From contig JBGPQV010000009.1 in the NCBI GenBank assembly GCA_041489255.1, positions 31,896-95,895 of the forward strand: a DNA stretch of 64,000 nucleotides, in the 5' to 3' direction. Under the pieces are notes generated by a model that saw nothing but the letters and a program-made list of their open reading frames with translations, did no database searches and was not told the DNA's origin. This DNA comes from Thermoplasmata archaeon. GTDB taxonomy: Archaea > Thermoplasmatota > Thermoplasmata > RBG-16-68-12 > JAFNFQ01. This document shows, piece by piece, positions 38,660 to 46,896 of the stretch (within the stretch, counting starts at the first letter, position 1; every line of letters begins with the position of its first letter). The translations under genes and the position numbers were made by a program.

Positions 38660-39040
38660 TCATTCGTTCTTCTGGGGAATCGGCTGGATGGCGGGGACCT
38701 CCTTCGGGTTCGGCCTCGCTATCCGGCTCCTCAGCCTGCGGATGATCTTCCCCGCCGGGGAAGACCTGTCCACCGCCGTCAGCAGGGCGTCGACGCCGCC
38801 GGAGGTCAGGTTGTACAGCTTCTTGCACAGCACCTTCAGCCGCTCCGTGGATTCCCTCAACTGCCTCTTGAGGTCCTCCTGGTGAGCGTCCTCCGCGACA
38901 ACCTCGTCATGGACCTGCTTGATGTTGTTCCTGATCGCGTCGGGGTTGTACCCGGTTGCTTTCATCGCCGCTTGCTCCTCGTCGATACTCTTCTGCACGG
39001 TGTCTGACATTCCGAGCAGTTGTGCCTCGCTCAGTGACAT
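38660..39040 (-). CDS. Small coiled-coil/helical-bundle protein
   Basis: Strong RBS GGAGGAGG, 126 aa, heptad segment QEDLKRQLRESTERLKVL. Confidence 0.85.
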   Translation of the reverse strand: MSLSEAQLLGMSDTVQKSIDEEQAAMKATGYNPDAIRNNIKQVHDEVVAEDAHQEDLKRQLRESTERLKVLCKKLYNLTSGGVDALLTAVDRSSPAGKIIRRLRSRIARPNPKEVPAIQPIPQKNE

Positions 39041-39115
39041 CTTTGCTTTCCTCTCCCCTCCTCCCGAGGGGATGAGTATGACGTTGGCGGGCGGGTACTT
39101 GATGCTCTTCGGTCA

Positions 39116-39176
39116 ATTCACGGTGGATTCAGGGTGAATCTAGGGTGAATTCACCGTTAATTCACGGTTAATCCCG
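39116..39176. repeat. Phased 11-bp direct repeats (5-6 copies) upstream of the 38660-39040 gene
   Basis: AATTCACGGTG GATTCAGGGTG AATCTAGGGTG AATTCACCGTT AATTCACGGTT AATCCC. Confidence 0.85.
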
Positions 39177-39236
39177 CTCCTTCGCGTTTCCGTCAAGGAG
39201 AGAGGATGCGACGCGGATTCCTCAGGACTCGGTCGC

Positions 39237-39656
39237 TCATTGGGTATGGCCCTGCGGATGAACCCGGGACGGGGCAGGGGTTCTCGGGCGGTCTCCGTTC
39301 TCCACGTTCTTCAGCTCTGGCAGCCAGTCGTCATCGGGCGGCTTCGGGTTCACGGGCTTCGCGCTCAGGTCGATCCCCCTGGACTCCGCGAGGCTCCTCG
39401 CCAGCTCGTAGCCGGCGGGGGTGAGGTTGTAGGCCTTTCTCTTCCCGTGTGCGTCAGCGACCCATGTCTTCCTGAACTGGACGTACCCGTCGCGCTCGAG
39501 ATCCTTAAGCTCGTTCGCGACGTGGGTCACGCGGATCCCCAAACTCCGGGACAGGCCGAGCTGTGTCGTCTCCAGAGGGGGGACGCGACTCTCGGCGCAT
39601 TTGCGCTTTTCGTACAGTTTCATAACGAGCTTGTTGCCGACGGTGAATTTGTCCAG
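39237..39656 (-). CDS. Winged-helix (MarR/PadR-like) DNA-binding protein
   Basis: TQLGLSRSLG...HVANELKDLERDGYV...RKAYNLTPAG. Start uncertain (39623-39773). Confidence 0.75.
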   Translation of the reverse strand: MDKFTVGNKLVMKLYEKRKCAESRVPPLETTQLGLSRSLGIRVTHVANELKDLERDGYVQFRKTWVADAHGKRKAYNLTPAGYELARSLAESRGIDLSAKPVNPKPPDDDWLPELKNVENGDRPRTPAPSRVHPQGHTQ

Positions 39657-39914
39657 AACAAGTCCCCTCGCGTGAGATATTCGCGGGGAAGTATTTGAAA
39701 GGATTGGAAGGGAGTCTAGGGCGACCGAATAGTCTCGGAATCGATAACGTGAATGAGCGTCTTTTTGCGGCATGATTCAGGTTCTGATACTGATAACGGG
39801 CGGAATGAGTCGCTTCAAGTTGCGGGGATTGCGAATGAGATTGCGCTGGTGGGCCTTCTCGGCTACCCGTCGAAATGGTCTGCCCCGACGGATTCGTCTT
39901 TGAGTGACAAAACC

Positions 39915-40466
39915 TTACTCGGGACTCTTTGACATGACCGCCACACATGCAGGACACACGAAAGTCGTCTTGTGCATCCTATCTTCAGAAGTCCTCTTGA
40001 ACATGAGGGTTCGAATCCTCTTTCCGTCAAGCATCAGCTTGTTGAAATAGAGCATTTTCCTGTTTTTGACGGCGTCTCCCACCCTCGTCGTGAATTGGCC
40101 GTCCCTTGCCGCCGTCATGGTGCCGCAGAGTGCACACATGAAGTAATTCATGTTCCAAAGCGCTCGAAGAGTGAGAGCATCAATGCGTTCATGATATTGC
40201 GAACTCAGCACCTCGGCACATTGCATGGCTCTTCGTCCTCGAATCTCAATCAATCCAACCCCTAGGCGGGTGGCAAGCTCTCTCTGCTCCGATGTGAACC
40301 ATTCCCTCCTCCTCATGGGTATCGCAAGATAGCACTTGTGCGCGAAAAGGGAGTATCCAAGAGCCTGCTCGAGCAGCTTTCCGAAATTTGAAGTGCTCAG
40401 CTTCACCTCCACCTTAAACGCGTTCATTCCATCAGCCTCGCTGGTTCCAACCGACCCAATCTCCAA
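39915..40466 (-). CDS. PD-(D/E)XK-type nuclease with Zn-finger, probably 5'-truncated
   Basis: VEVK...LEQALGY...AHKCYLA...GVGLIEI, then CALC and CPAC. Confidence 0.6.
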   Translation of the reverse strand: MEIGSVGTSEADGMNAFKVEVKLSTSNFGKLLEQALGYSLFAHKCYLAIPMRRREWFTSEQRELATRLGVGLIEIRGRRAMQCAEVLSSQYHERIDALTLRALWNMNYFMCALCGTMTAARDGQFTTRVGDAVKNRKMLYFNKLMLDGKRIRTLMFKRTSEDRMHKTTFVCPACVAVMSKSPE

Positions 40467-40551
40467 TCGGAGTGGGGCGAGTACCAGAATCCTATGAGAG
40501 TCTCAATTCCACAAGACGACCTCTTTGGCTGTCCAGATTAGGTTCGTCACA

Positions 40552-40731
40552 TCAAGAACTCGTATAGGTAACGTCTTCGCCGGACTCCAATTCCGCCACA
40601 ATATCTTGAAGTTCGGCGATATCTCTGCTCTCCTTTCGAATACTCTTGATCTCGGCGGCGAGATTTCGGTCAGCGATGGCCTCGGACAGTTTCCTGAAAA
40701 CGATGGCGAACCGGTACTCAGCCACGGACAT
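40552..40731 (-). CDS. 59-aa small protein (absent from the ORF track)
   Basis: MSVAEYRFAIVFRKLSEAIADRNLAAEIKSIRKESRDIAELQDIVAELESGEDVTYTSS. Its ATG lies 2 bp after the upstream stop. Confidence 0.65.
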   Translation of the reverse strand: MSVAEYRFAIVFRKLSEAIADRNLAAEIKSIRKESRDIAELQDIVAELESGEDVTYTSS

Positions 40732-40733
40732 AA

Positions 40734-40995
40734 TTACGCGACCACAGGCTTTCTACTTTGCGCTTCGATTTGCCGTCTTGCATCGACTAGGTTCGTCTCC
40801 GTGCCACAGCCAGGACACTTGAAAGTATTGGACGCCGGGAAAGGCAGATGACCGGTCTGCAGTGGATGGGATTCTCCTAGGTTAACTTGGATCAAGGACT
40901 CCTGTCCGCACTTCTCGCACTTGTGCGTGATAATCGCGACATCCGCCTTGGCTTCCTTTTGAGGGGGCGGAACCTGCTGCATGATGAATCGCACG
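40734..40995 (-). pseudogene. C-terminal Zn-ribbon remnant, recalled as the tail of SDH/ClpP-fold protease genes
   Basis: RFIMQQVPPPQ...CEKC...IQVNLG...FPASNTFKCPGCG...RRQIEAQ with no intact 5' region. Confidence 0.5.
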
Positions 40996-41142
40996 ACACG
41001 AGCAAGCACGGGACGGCGCTTGAGTATGTGAAGATGCTTAGCCCAGAGTTCGCGGTCATCTTGCTCATCAGCTTCGGAATGGTTCTCATCCTCCTGATTC
41101 ACTCCCCAGTTCGAGGGTTGTGACAGATTACTGCGCGACACC

Positions 41143-41280
41143 CTATGTGCGTGACTTCGCATCGTCTCTGAGGATGACGGTCGCGATCCCGTCCAGGCAC
41201 AGCGGCGACAGCTTCCCCTCCGAGCCCTCGCGGAGGCGTAATTCTCCTGCGGCACTCCGGGCGGAACCGCACACGGGATT
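41143..41280 (-). repeat. HNH gene fragment 3 (C-terminus of a diverged allele)
   Basis: 41192-41230 is identical to 42169-42207. It encodes EGSEGKLSPLCLDGIATVILRDDAKSRT* versus ...LDGVATAILRADFESCI*. Confidence 0.92.
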
Positions 41281-41377
41281 TACTCTGACGGAATTCTCCT
41301 ATCCTAGGCCGATTGCGTTATGAAAGTACACAGAATCATTATAGCCGCGAATGCGTTGCCATTCGCGTGGATGAGAC

Positions 41378-41893
41378 TTGACTGCAGAGCGCACGATGCT
41401 GTTCATGGACGGATCGAATCTTTTCCACTCCACCAAGGACTTCGACCCTGGATTGAAGATCGATCTCTTGAAGCTTCGAGATTTCTTGGCGAAAGACAGG
41501 CTCCTGATACGCGCATACTACTATGGCTCGATCCCGATCGGGAATCCGGAGAAGATCGCGAAACAGACCGCCTTTCATCATTTGCTCGAGTACAGCGGTT
41601 TCAAGACGGTGATTCTGCCGCTGCGCAGGCGAGGGACGGAGTACGTGGAGAAGGGTGTCGACGTCTCCCTTGTTACCGACATGTTGGCGCTTGGGTTCGA
41701 TCGAGCTTACGAGTGCGGCATTCTTGTGGCTGGCGATGCCGACTATGTCAGGGCGATTCAAGAGGTGGAACGCAAGGGCATCAGGATTCACGTCGCATTC
41801 TACGATCCCCCCTTATGTGCGGGCGACCTGAGACGGGCTGCACATTCGTTCGTCTCGCTGAATAAGCATCTTGAGGAATTCAGGAAGTCGTGA
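41378..41893 (+). CDS. NYN domain (LabA/DUF88) RNase
   Basis: FMDGSNL, EKGVDVSLVTDML and AGDADY. Confidence 0.92.
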   Translation: MTAERTMLFMDGSNLFHSTKDFDPGLKIDLLKLRDFLAKDRLLIRAYYYGSIPIGNPEKIAKQTAFHHLLEYSGFKTVILPLRRRGTEYVEKGVDVSLVTDMLALGFDRAYECGILVAGDADYVRAIQEVERKGIRIHVAFYDPPLCAGDLRRAAHSFVSLNKHLEEFRKS

Positions 41894-42119
41894 AATCAAA
41901 AATGCATTGAGGAAGCTTTTTTGCCAGACGACCGAACCAAATGATGTGCGCTTGTCGTTATGGCTTTTGGCGGTCGTCTGGAGAGTTATTTTCGCATTCT
42001 TAATTCACGTGCTTGCTTAAAACTCTTTCGCTTGGAGTCAGCCTCTTGATAGCCTGATCTGGCAAGCGTCCGTGTGAGCGATTGATGGATATTTCCGAGA
42101 AGGTTCTATGCGCAATGGC

Positions 42120-42614
42120 CTAGATGCACGATTCGAAGTCTGCGCGGAGTATCGCGGTCGCAACACCATCCAGGCACAGCGGCGACAGCTTCCCCTCCGA
42201 GCCCTCGTGGATGCACGTCTCCTTCAGGTCGCACTCGGGGCAGAATCGCGCGCGGATCTCGCTCTCCTCCAGCCCCAGGAGGCCCGCCTGGTCGAACATG
42301 TCGTGGAGGAGCTTCAGGTACTTGCCCTCGGCTATGCGCGGCACGTCGTACTTCGCCGCCTTCAGCCCCCCGCGCGCGGTCCAGTACTCGTAGAGGCGCC
42401 GCGCGCCCTTGGAGCTGTTGCACGAGGCGCACACCCAGACGGCGTTCTTCTCGTCCTGGGGCCCGTGGAGCGCCCTCGGGATGAGGTGGTCCAGGGTGAG
42501 GTCGGCGCTCTTCTCGCAGTAGATGCAGCGGCGGGTGTCCTCCCGCTCCTTCACGTACTCCCTGATCGAGTCCCAGGCGATCTCCCCCGACTGGAGCTTC
42601 TTGAAGCGGTCCAT
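42120..42614 (-). CDS. HNH endonuclease with Zn-binding Cys pairs, probably lacking its N-terminal 35 aa
   Basis: CIYC...TLDHLIP...NAVWVCASCNSSKG. Confidence 0.9.
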   Translation of the reverse strand: MDRFKKLQSGEIAWDSIREYVKEREDTRRCIYCEKSADLTLDHLIPRALHGPQDEKNAVWVCASCNSSKGARRLYEYWTARGGLKAAKYDVPRIAEGKYLKLLHDMFDQAGLLGLEESEIRARFCPECDLKETCIHEGSEGKLSPLCLDGVATAILRADFESCI

Positions 42615-42725
42615 GATATGATTTCAGGTCAAGTCGTGCCGCAGCAGTCAAATACTAGATCGAACCACATTGCTCAAATACGAAGCCTCGGTTGACGATG
42701 GCCAGATGAGGGAGAGGGTGGTGCC

Positions 42726-43589
42726 CTGCTCAAAGCTGAACTCCATGGCAGCATGAGGATTTCCGAAGGGCTCGAGGATATCCTGACCTCCGACGTCTTC
42801 GGCGTACTTGACTACGTCCACGACGCCGCCCTTCTCACAAGCCTCCTAAGGTGCGCCAAGAGCAGATCAGGCTCCCGACTCCCAAAGGAGATTCTCGATC
42901 AAGCATCGGACTTCGAGCTTCACTTCTGGCCAGAGTTCACGGATGGGAGTGTGCCTGATCTAATCGTCGTTCTGAAATCTCGCGATGATACGATTCTTGC
43001 CGCCATCGTGATTGAGTGCAAGTTCAAGTCTGGCCTCAACAGAAAGGATTCATCCGAGAAACAGGGCGACAAGGCGGTGGACGGTAAGGAAGCTCTCGAA
43101 GGTCAACTCACCGCTTATGGGAGGAACCTTGTTTTCGGATCAGCGAAGGATAGGACTCTGAAGGAGAGAATCTCCAAAGCCCCCAACAGATACCTGATTT
43201 ACCTCACTTCACACTATGATTTCCCTGAAGATCCCGGAATCGAACTCTCGGTCCGAAAACTCGGCCGCATGGGCTTGGAGCTTCTATGGCTGAGTTGGCG
43301 TGACTTCACCGTCGGCTTCGAAGACTACGCAAAAGGTTTGGCGGCTCCCGATCAGAGATGTGGACGCATGGTCAAGGATATCATTCAATTATTGACGGAG
43401 CGCAAGAAGCTCCAACGTTTCAGTCACTTGACAAAAGATCTCAGCCGGGGAGTCAGCACCACTGTGCCATCGGCGCTTGGATTCTTGGCTTCAGGGACCG
43501 GCGGGTATAGATTCAAAGACCTCACGTGCGGGATGCCGATGCATATCGATAACATGCCATTCAAATTCGTTTATTCAAGGAGGAAATGA
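42726..43589 (+). CDS. PD-(D/E)XK nuclease
   Basis: LKAELHG...EDILTSDVFG, PDLIV...IECK and QL.AY. Probable CTG start at 42726; first ATG at 42753. Confidence 0.75.
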   Translation: MLKAELHGSMRISEGLEDILTSDVFGVLDYVHDAALLTSLLRCAKSRSGSRLPKEILDQASDFELHFWPEFTDGSVPDLIVVLKSRDDTILAAIVIECKFKSGLNRKDSSEKQGDKAVDGKEALEGQLTAYGRNLVFGSAKDRTLKERISKAPNRYLIYLTSHYDFPEDPGIELSVRKLGRMGLELLWLSWRDFTVGFEDYAKGLAAPDQRCGRMVKDIIQLLTERKKLQRFSHLTKDLSRGVSTTVPSALGFLASGTGGYRFKDLTCGMPMHIDNMPFKFVYSRRK

Positions 43590-43590
43590 A

Positions 43591-44265
43591 ATGGCTCAAA
43601 GCGCATTTGGAAAGGAATTGGAGGTCAATTTGGGGTATCTGGAGGAATTGTGCCGGCGAACGATACTGCTTTTCATGGATGCAGGTGGTAGGCTTAGGGA
43701 ACTAGGCTGGCAGCAATGGATGACTACGCCCTCCGAGTTCTATACTAGACATTCAGCGAGTGCAACGCGCGTTGAACTCTGGTATCCATCGATATTCGTG
43801 AAGTACTTCGTGAAAGGGCAAGACAAGAGCGCGGTCTCGGCTGAAGCGTCACGCGTACTCGGTCTCGGAGTCCAGCTCAGGGGGACCGCCAAGGGATTCG
43901 AGCCCAAGATACACGGACTTCTTCTCGAATTCTCGAAGCCCAGAACGAGAATCGGCAATCCTCCGGGATGGTACTGGGAATCCGCCTGTGAGCTATCCAG
44001 ATTGACGACGGAGGAACTGACTATTCCGACAGGCTTGAAGAGTCTGGAAGCCCGTTTCGTCAAAGCCAAAACGGCCCCTGGAGCGGAGAACAACTGGCCG
44101 GATCTGAGTCGGCTCTCTTTCTTTGAAGTGCCGATGGTCTGGGTGGATGCTCAAGAGGATCTAAGGAATGTGATCGTCGAACCGCTCCATATCTTGGGCG
44201 AGAGCGGTCTTGAAGCCGCACGTGATAAGATTCTTGAGTACTGCAAGGCCAAGGACCGCGCATAG
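43591..44265 (+). CDS. Hypothetical protein coupled to the nuclease gene
   Basis: RBS AGGAGG, with the ATG 1 bp after the upstream stop. Confidence 0.7.
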   Translation: MAQSAFGKELEVNLGYLEELCRRTILLFMDAGGRLRELGWQQWMTTPSEFYTRHSASATRVELWYPSIFVKYFVKGQDKSAVSAEASRVLGLGVQLRGTAKGFEPKIHGLLLEFSKPRTRIGNPPGWYWESACELSRLTTEELTIPTGLKSLEARFVKAKTAPGAENNWPDLSRLSFFEVPMVWVDAQEDLRNVIVEPLHILGESGLEAARDKILEYCKAKDRA

Positions 44266-44540
44266 ATGTGTCCCTTGAAACCAGCTCAGCACAAACTTCA
44301 TCATCCCATCTCCGAAACCCATTTCCTCCAGGATCAATGAAGTCGGAACGGTAACCTTATGTGAGACTTGTGGTGCCTTACGCCGTCAAATAAGATGAAG
44401 ACGATCGTCCCCTGATGCCAGATACGAAAATGCCCCCGGCAAGGACGGCTTCGATTACAAAGAAGGGCATACACCAAACTGGCGGTTCAGAGCTATCTCC
44501 TGCCATATTCCGATGGCCACTACTGTCTCCAACATTTCAA

Positions 44541-44618
44541 GCGGATGTCTGCATCCTCCTTCACGTACTCCCTGATCGAGTCCCAGGCGATCTCCCCCGA
44601 CCGGAGCTTCTTGAAGCG
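44541..44618 (-). repeat. HNH gene fragment 5
   Basis: 44556-44618 is 62/63 identical to 42546-42608. Confidence 0.95.
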
Positions 44619-44633
44619 AGCGAATGCTCTGGA

Positions 44634-45083
44634 CTAGGAGTGCGATCGCTTCGGCTGCGCCGTGTGTTTTCCGCAAAGGTCCGTTGAGAACACCGCCATC
44701 CAAATCCATGTGGCGGCCCTCGTGCACTGTCGTCCGTTCCTCTTCAAGATCTCACACCGGGCGTTGGGTCCCGCCCTCAATACAATCCCCCCTTCCTGCA
44801 GCGTCATCAAGGAGAGGTCGGATTTGGTCCCCGCCCTCTTGAAGTGCTGCGTGCAGTAGTGACCGTCGACATAGGCCAGGAGGTAGGTCCATGCCGCCGG
44901 CTTGATGCAAGGGCCCTCGGCACGGTCTAGGTCGTCCTTGCAGGGCGTGTGCTCGCACTGCCCGCCGCGCGAGGAGAGGCGGGCGATCTGGTAGGGGAGA
45001 AGGGGGCAGGTGTCGCACATGGGTGTCGGAGAGGCGTCTGGCGGCAGAGGATAAGAAACTGTCGAGGGACCTCTCTTAACCAT
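44634..45083 (-). CDS. Cys/His-rich putative zinc-binding protein
   Basis: Two C...C..AA.W...(Y/L)C..H units (CIKPAAW...YCTQH; CTRAATW...LCGKH). Confidence 0.6.
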   Translation of the reverse strand: MVKRGPSTVSYPLPPDASPTPMCDTCPLLPYQIARLSSRGGQCEHTPCKDDLDRAEGPCIKPAAWTYLLAYVDGHYCTQHFKRAGTKSDLSLMTLQEGGIVLRAGPNARCEILKRNGRQCTRAATWIWMAVFSTDLCGKHTAQPKRSHS

Positions 45084-45116
45084 ATCGCTGGAAAACGTGG
45101 TCAGCGGCGACAGATG

Positions 45117-45677
45117 TCAGTCAAGATGAACGCCCGACTTCTCCATCAGGTCGCGGATGACACGTATTCCTGTGTCGAACTCTTCGTTGAGCTTCTCGGC
45201 ATTCTTTGCATCATACGCGTTCGAAGGGAATGCAAGGCGAATGACTTTCCATCCGTCTAGAACGGGCGACCCTTCGACGGCGCGAGCAACAACCCCGCCC
45301 ATGAGGAAGAGAGTGAATTCCCCAGTAGGTCTAGGTGCAGCGCGGCTCTTGACCCAATTCACCGCCGCCTCCCAGTCTGTTGGATATCCATTCTTGGCAC
45401 TTAGGTCGAATCCCACGAAAAGCCCCTCTCGCTTGTGAAGGATAAGGTCTCGAAACATGAGGATAGCTTTTTTCTTGGCCTCTTTACCTGAGCCCGGCTT
45501 CATGTCTGAGGCGGCTAGGAGCAACTCCCATGCAAAAGAGGGAGAGAACTCGGAGAGTTTTGTCCCTGTGAAGGGCGCTTTCCCCGGAACCGCAGCGGGG
45601 GTCAGAAACATCCATCGAGCTGACAGATTGCCTTTCAGCATTGACGAATCGAATTGCCGCATATCTACTATTTGCAT
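45117..45677 (-). CDS. Hypothetical protein
   Basis: ATG 5 bp downstream of the UDG-like gene stop, so probably operonic. Confidence 0.65.
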   Translation of the reverse strand: MQIVDMRQFDSSMLKGNLSARWMFLTPAAVPGKAPFTGTKLSEFSPSFAWELLLAASDMKPGSGKEAKKKAILMFRDLILHKREGLFVGFDLSAKNGYPTDWEAAVNWVKSRAAPRPTGEFTLFLMGGVVARAVEGSPVLDGWKVIRLAFPSNAYDAKNAEKLNEEFDTGIRVIRDLMEKSGVHLD

Positions 45678-45682
45678 GTGGC

Positions 45683-46507
45683 TCACCGAACCGACCCGAC
45701 ACCCTTCATTGCACCAATGCAATCCTGAAGCTGAGCGGTGTTGAGCAGACGGTCGACATCAGAGAATAGAGAGAGTCGCACCCCGGTCCTGCTCGGATGG
45801 GGCAGCGCCAGAACGAGAGTGGATTGATCATTCAGAACCATATTAAAGGCCTTTGCACCGCCCTCTTCGTGAAGAGGTTTTATCTGAGATTTCCATGCCC
45901 GAATTGCGTATGGGATATCAGTGCCAAGCAAGACCAGCACGCGAGGGGACAGTACACTCAATTCCTCTGAAAATATCAAACGTCCGCAGTTGCTGAGCAT
46001 CTCCTTGGATGGGTTGCTGTACGGGCTGTCCCTTACTGCGGGCGAGCATTTCACATAATTGGTGTGGGCAATACAATCATACGCAGGAGCGACGGCTTTC
46101 GGTCCCAAGCCCTCTGGTCCACATGTTGCGAAATCCTTGTGACCGAGTCTGCGAAGGATTAATGAGGAGTAGGCTGCAACGCGGTGATATAGCATCGTCC
46201 CGGTGGTGCCTGTTCGGACTTTCCCCAGTTCGAGTTCGTGCTTCGAGTCTGGCACGAGCTCTTCGGATATGGCCCCTCGACCCCCATATTCCCACATATT
46301 TATCGCGCAGACAAGAATGCGCCACTTCGGATAGTCCTTCCCAATCCATGGGAATGTCAGCTCGTTCCAGTCAGGCCCTTTCTGCGGACCGCCAAAAGCG
46401 TCCCAACACTGTTGTCGAGAGGGGCAGGTCTCATGAAGCATCCCAGACAAGACGCCGATTCTGCGATAGGTTGATGTCAACTGCTCGGGACTATTAGCCA
46501 AATCCAT
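45683..46507 (-). CDS. Uracil-DNA-glycosylase superfamily protein
   Basis: PWIGKDY..ILVCAIN, TNYVKC, EELSVLSPRVLVLLG and LPHPS; RBS AGGAGG. Confidence 0.8.
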   Translation of the reverse strand: MDLANSPEQLTSTYRRIGVLSGMLHETCPSRQQCWDAFGGPQKGPDWNELTFPWIGKDYPKWRILVCAINMWEYGGRGAISEELVPDSKHELELGKVRTGTTGTMLYHRVAAYSSLILRRLGHKDFATCGPEGLGPKAVAPAYDCIAHTNYVKCSPAVRDSPYSNPSKEMLSNCGRLIFSEELSVLSPRVLVLLGTDIPYAIRAWKSQIKPLHEEGGAKAFNMVLNDQSTLVLALPHPSRTGVRLSLFSDVDRLLNTAQLQDCIGAMKGVGSVR

Positions 46508-46896
46508 CGTGTTCTTCCTCCTACAAATCTGGACGTAGAGATGATTATTCAACTTTCCGGTCAGCTCTCATACTCTGTAAGACCCAGGAAATCCTCCGTG
46601 TTGCTCTCAACCCAACATCACATGACGCCGGACGAGAAGAAGGCTGCGTTGTATGATCAAAGCTAGACTCAAACTATCCTCGTGAAGTGAGCGTGGGTAC
46701 TGGACCAAGTGTGATCGCCGGAGAAAGGGAGAGACATAGATGGGCTCGCCCGTCCCGAAATATCTGTTGTGGCAGTACCTGCATACCGCCCGTCCACTGT
46801 GAAGTTCACGGTCGCCCCTTGAACCGATGTCCCAGTCACTGCATCTCCGTGGGCGGTCGCCGACTCCCTCGGTCCTCTGCCGCCCTACCTAGTCAA

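Noticed and set aside
31025-44618. HNH fragments as DGR template/variable repeats
   Set aside because: There is no reverse transcriptase, the mismatches are not adenine-specific, and the fragments cover different gene regions
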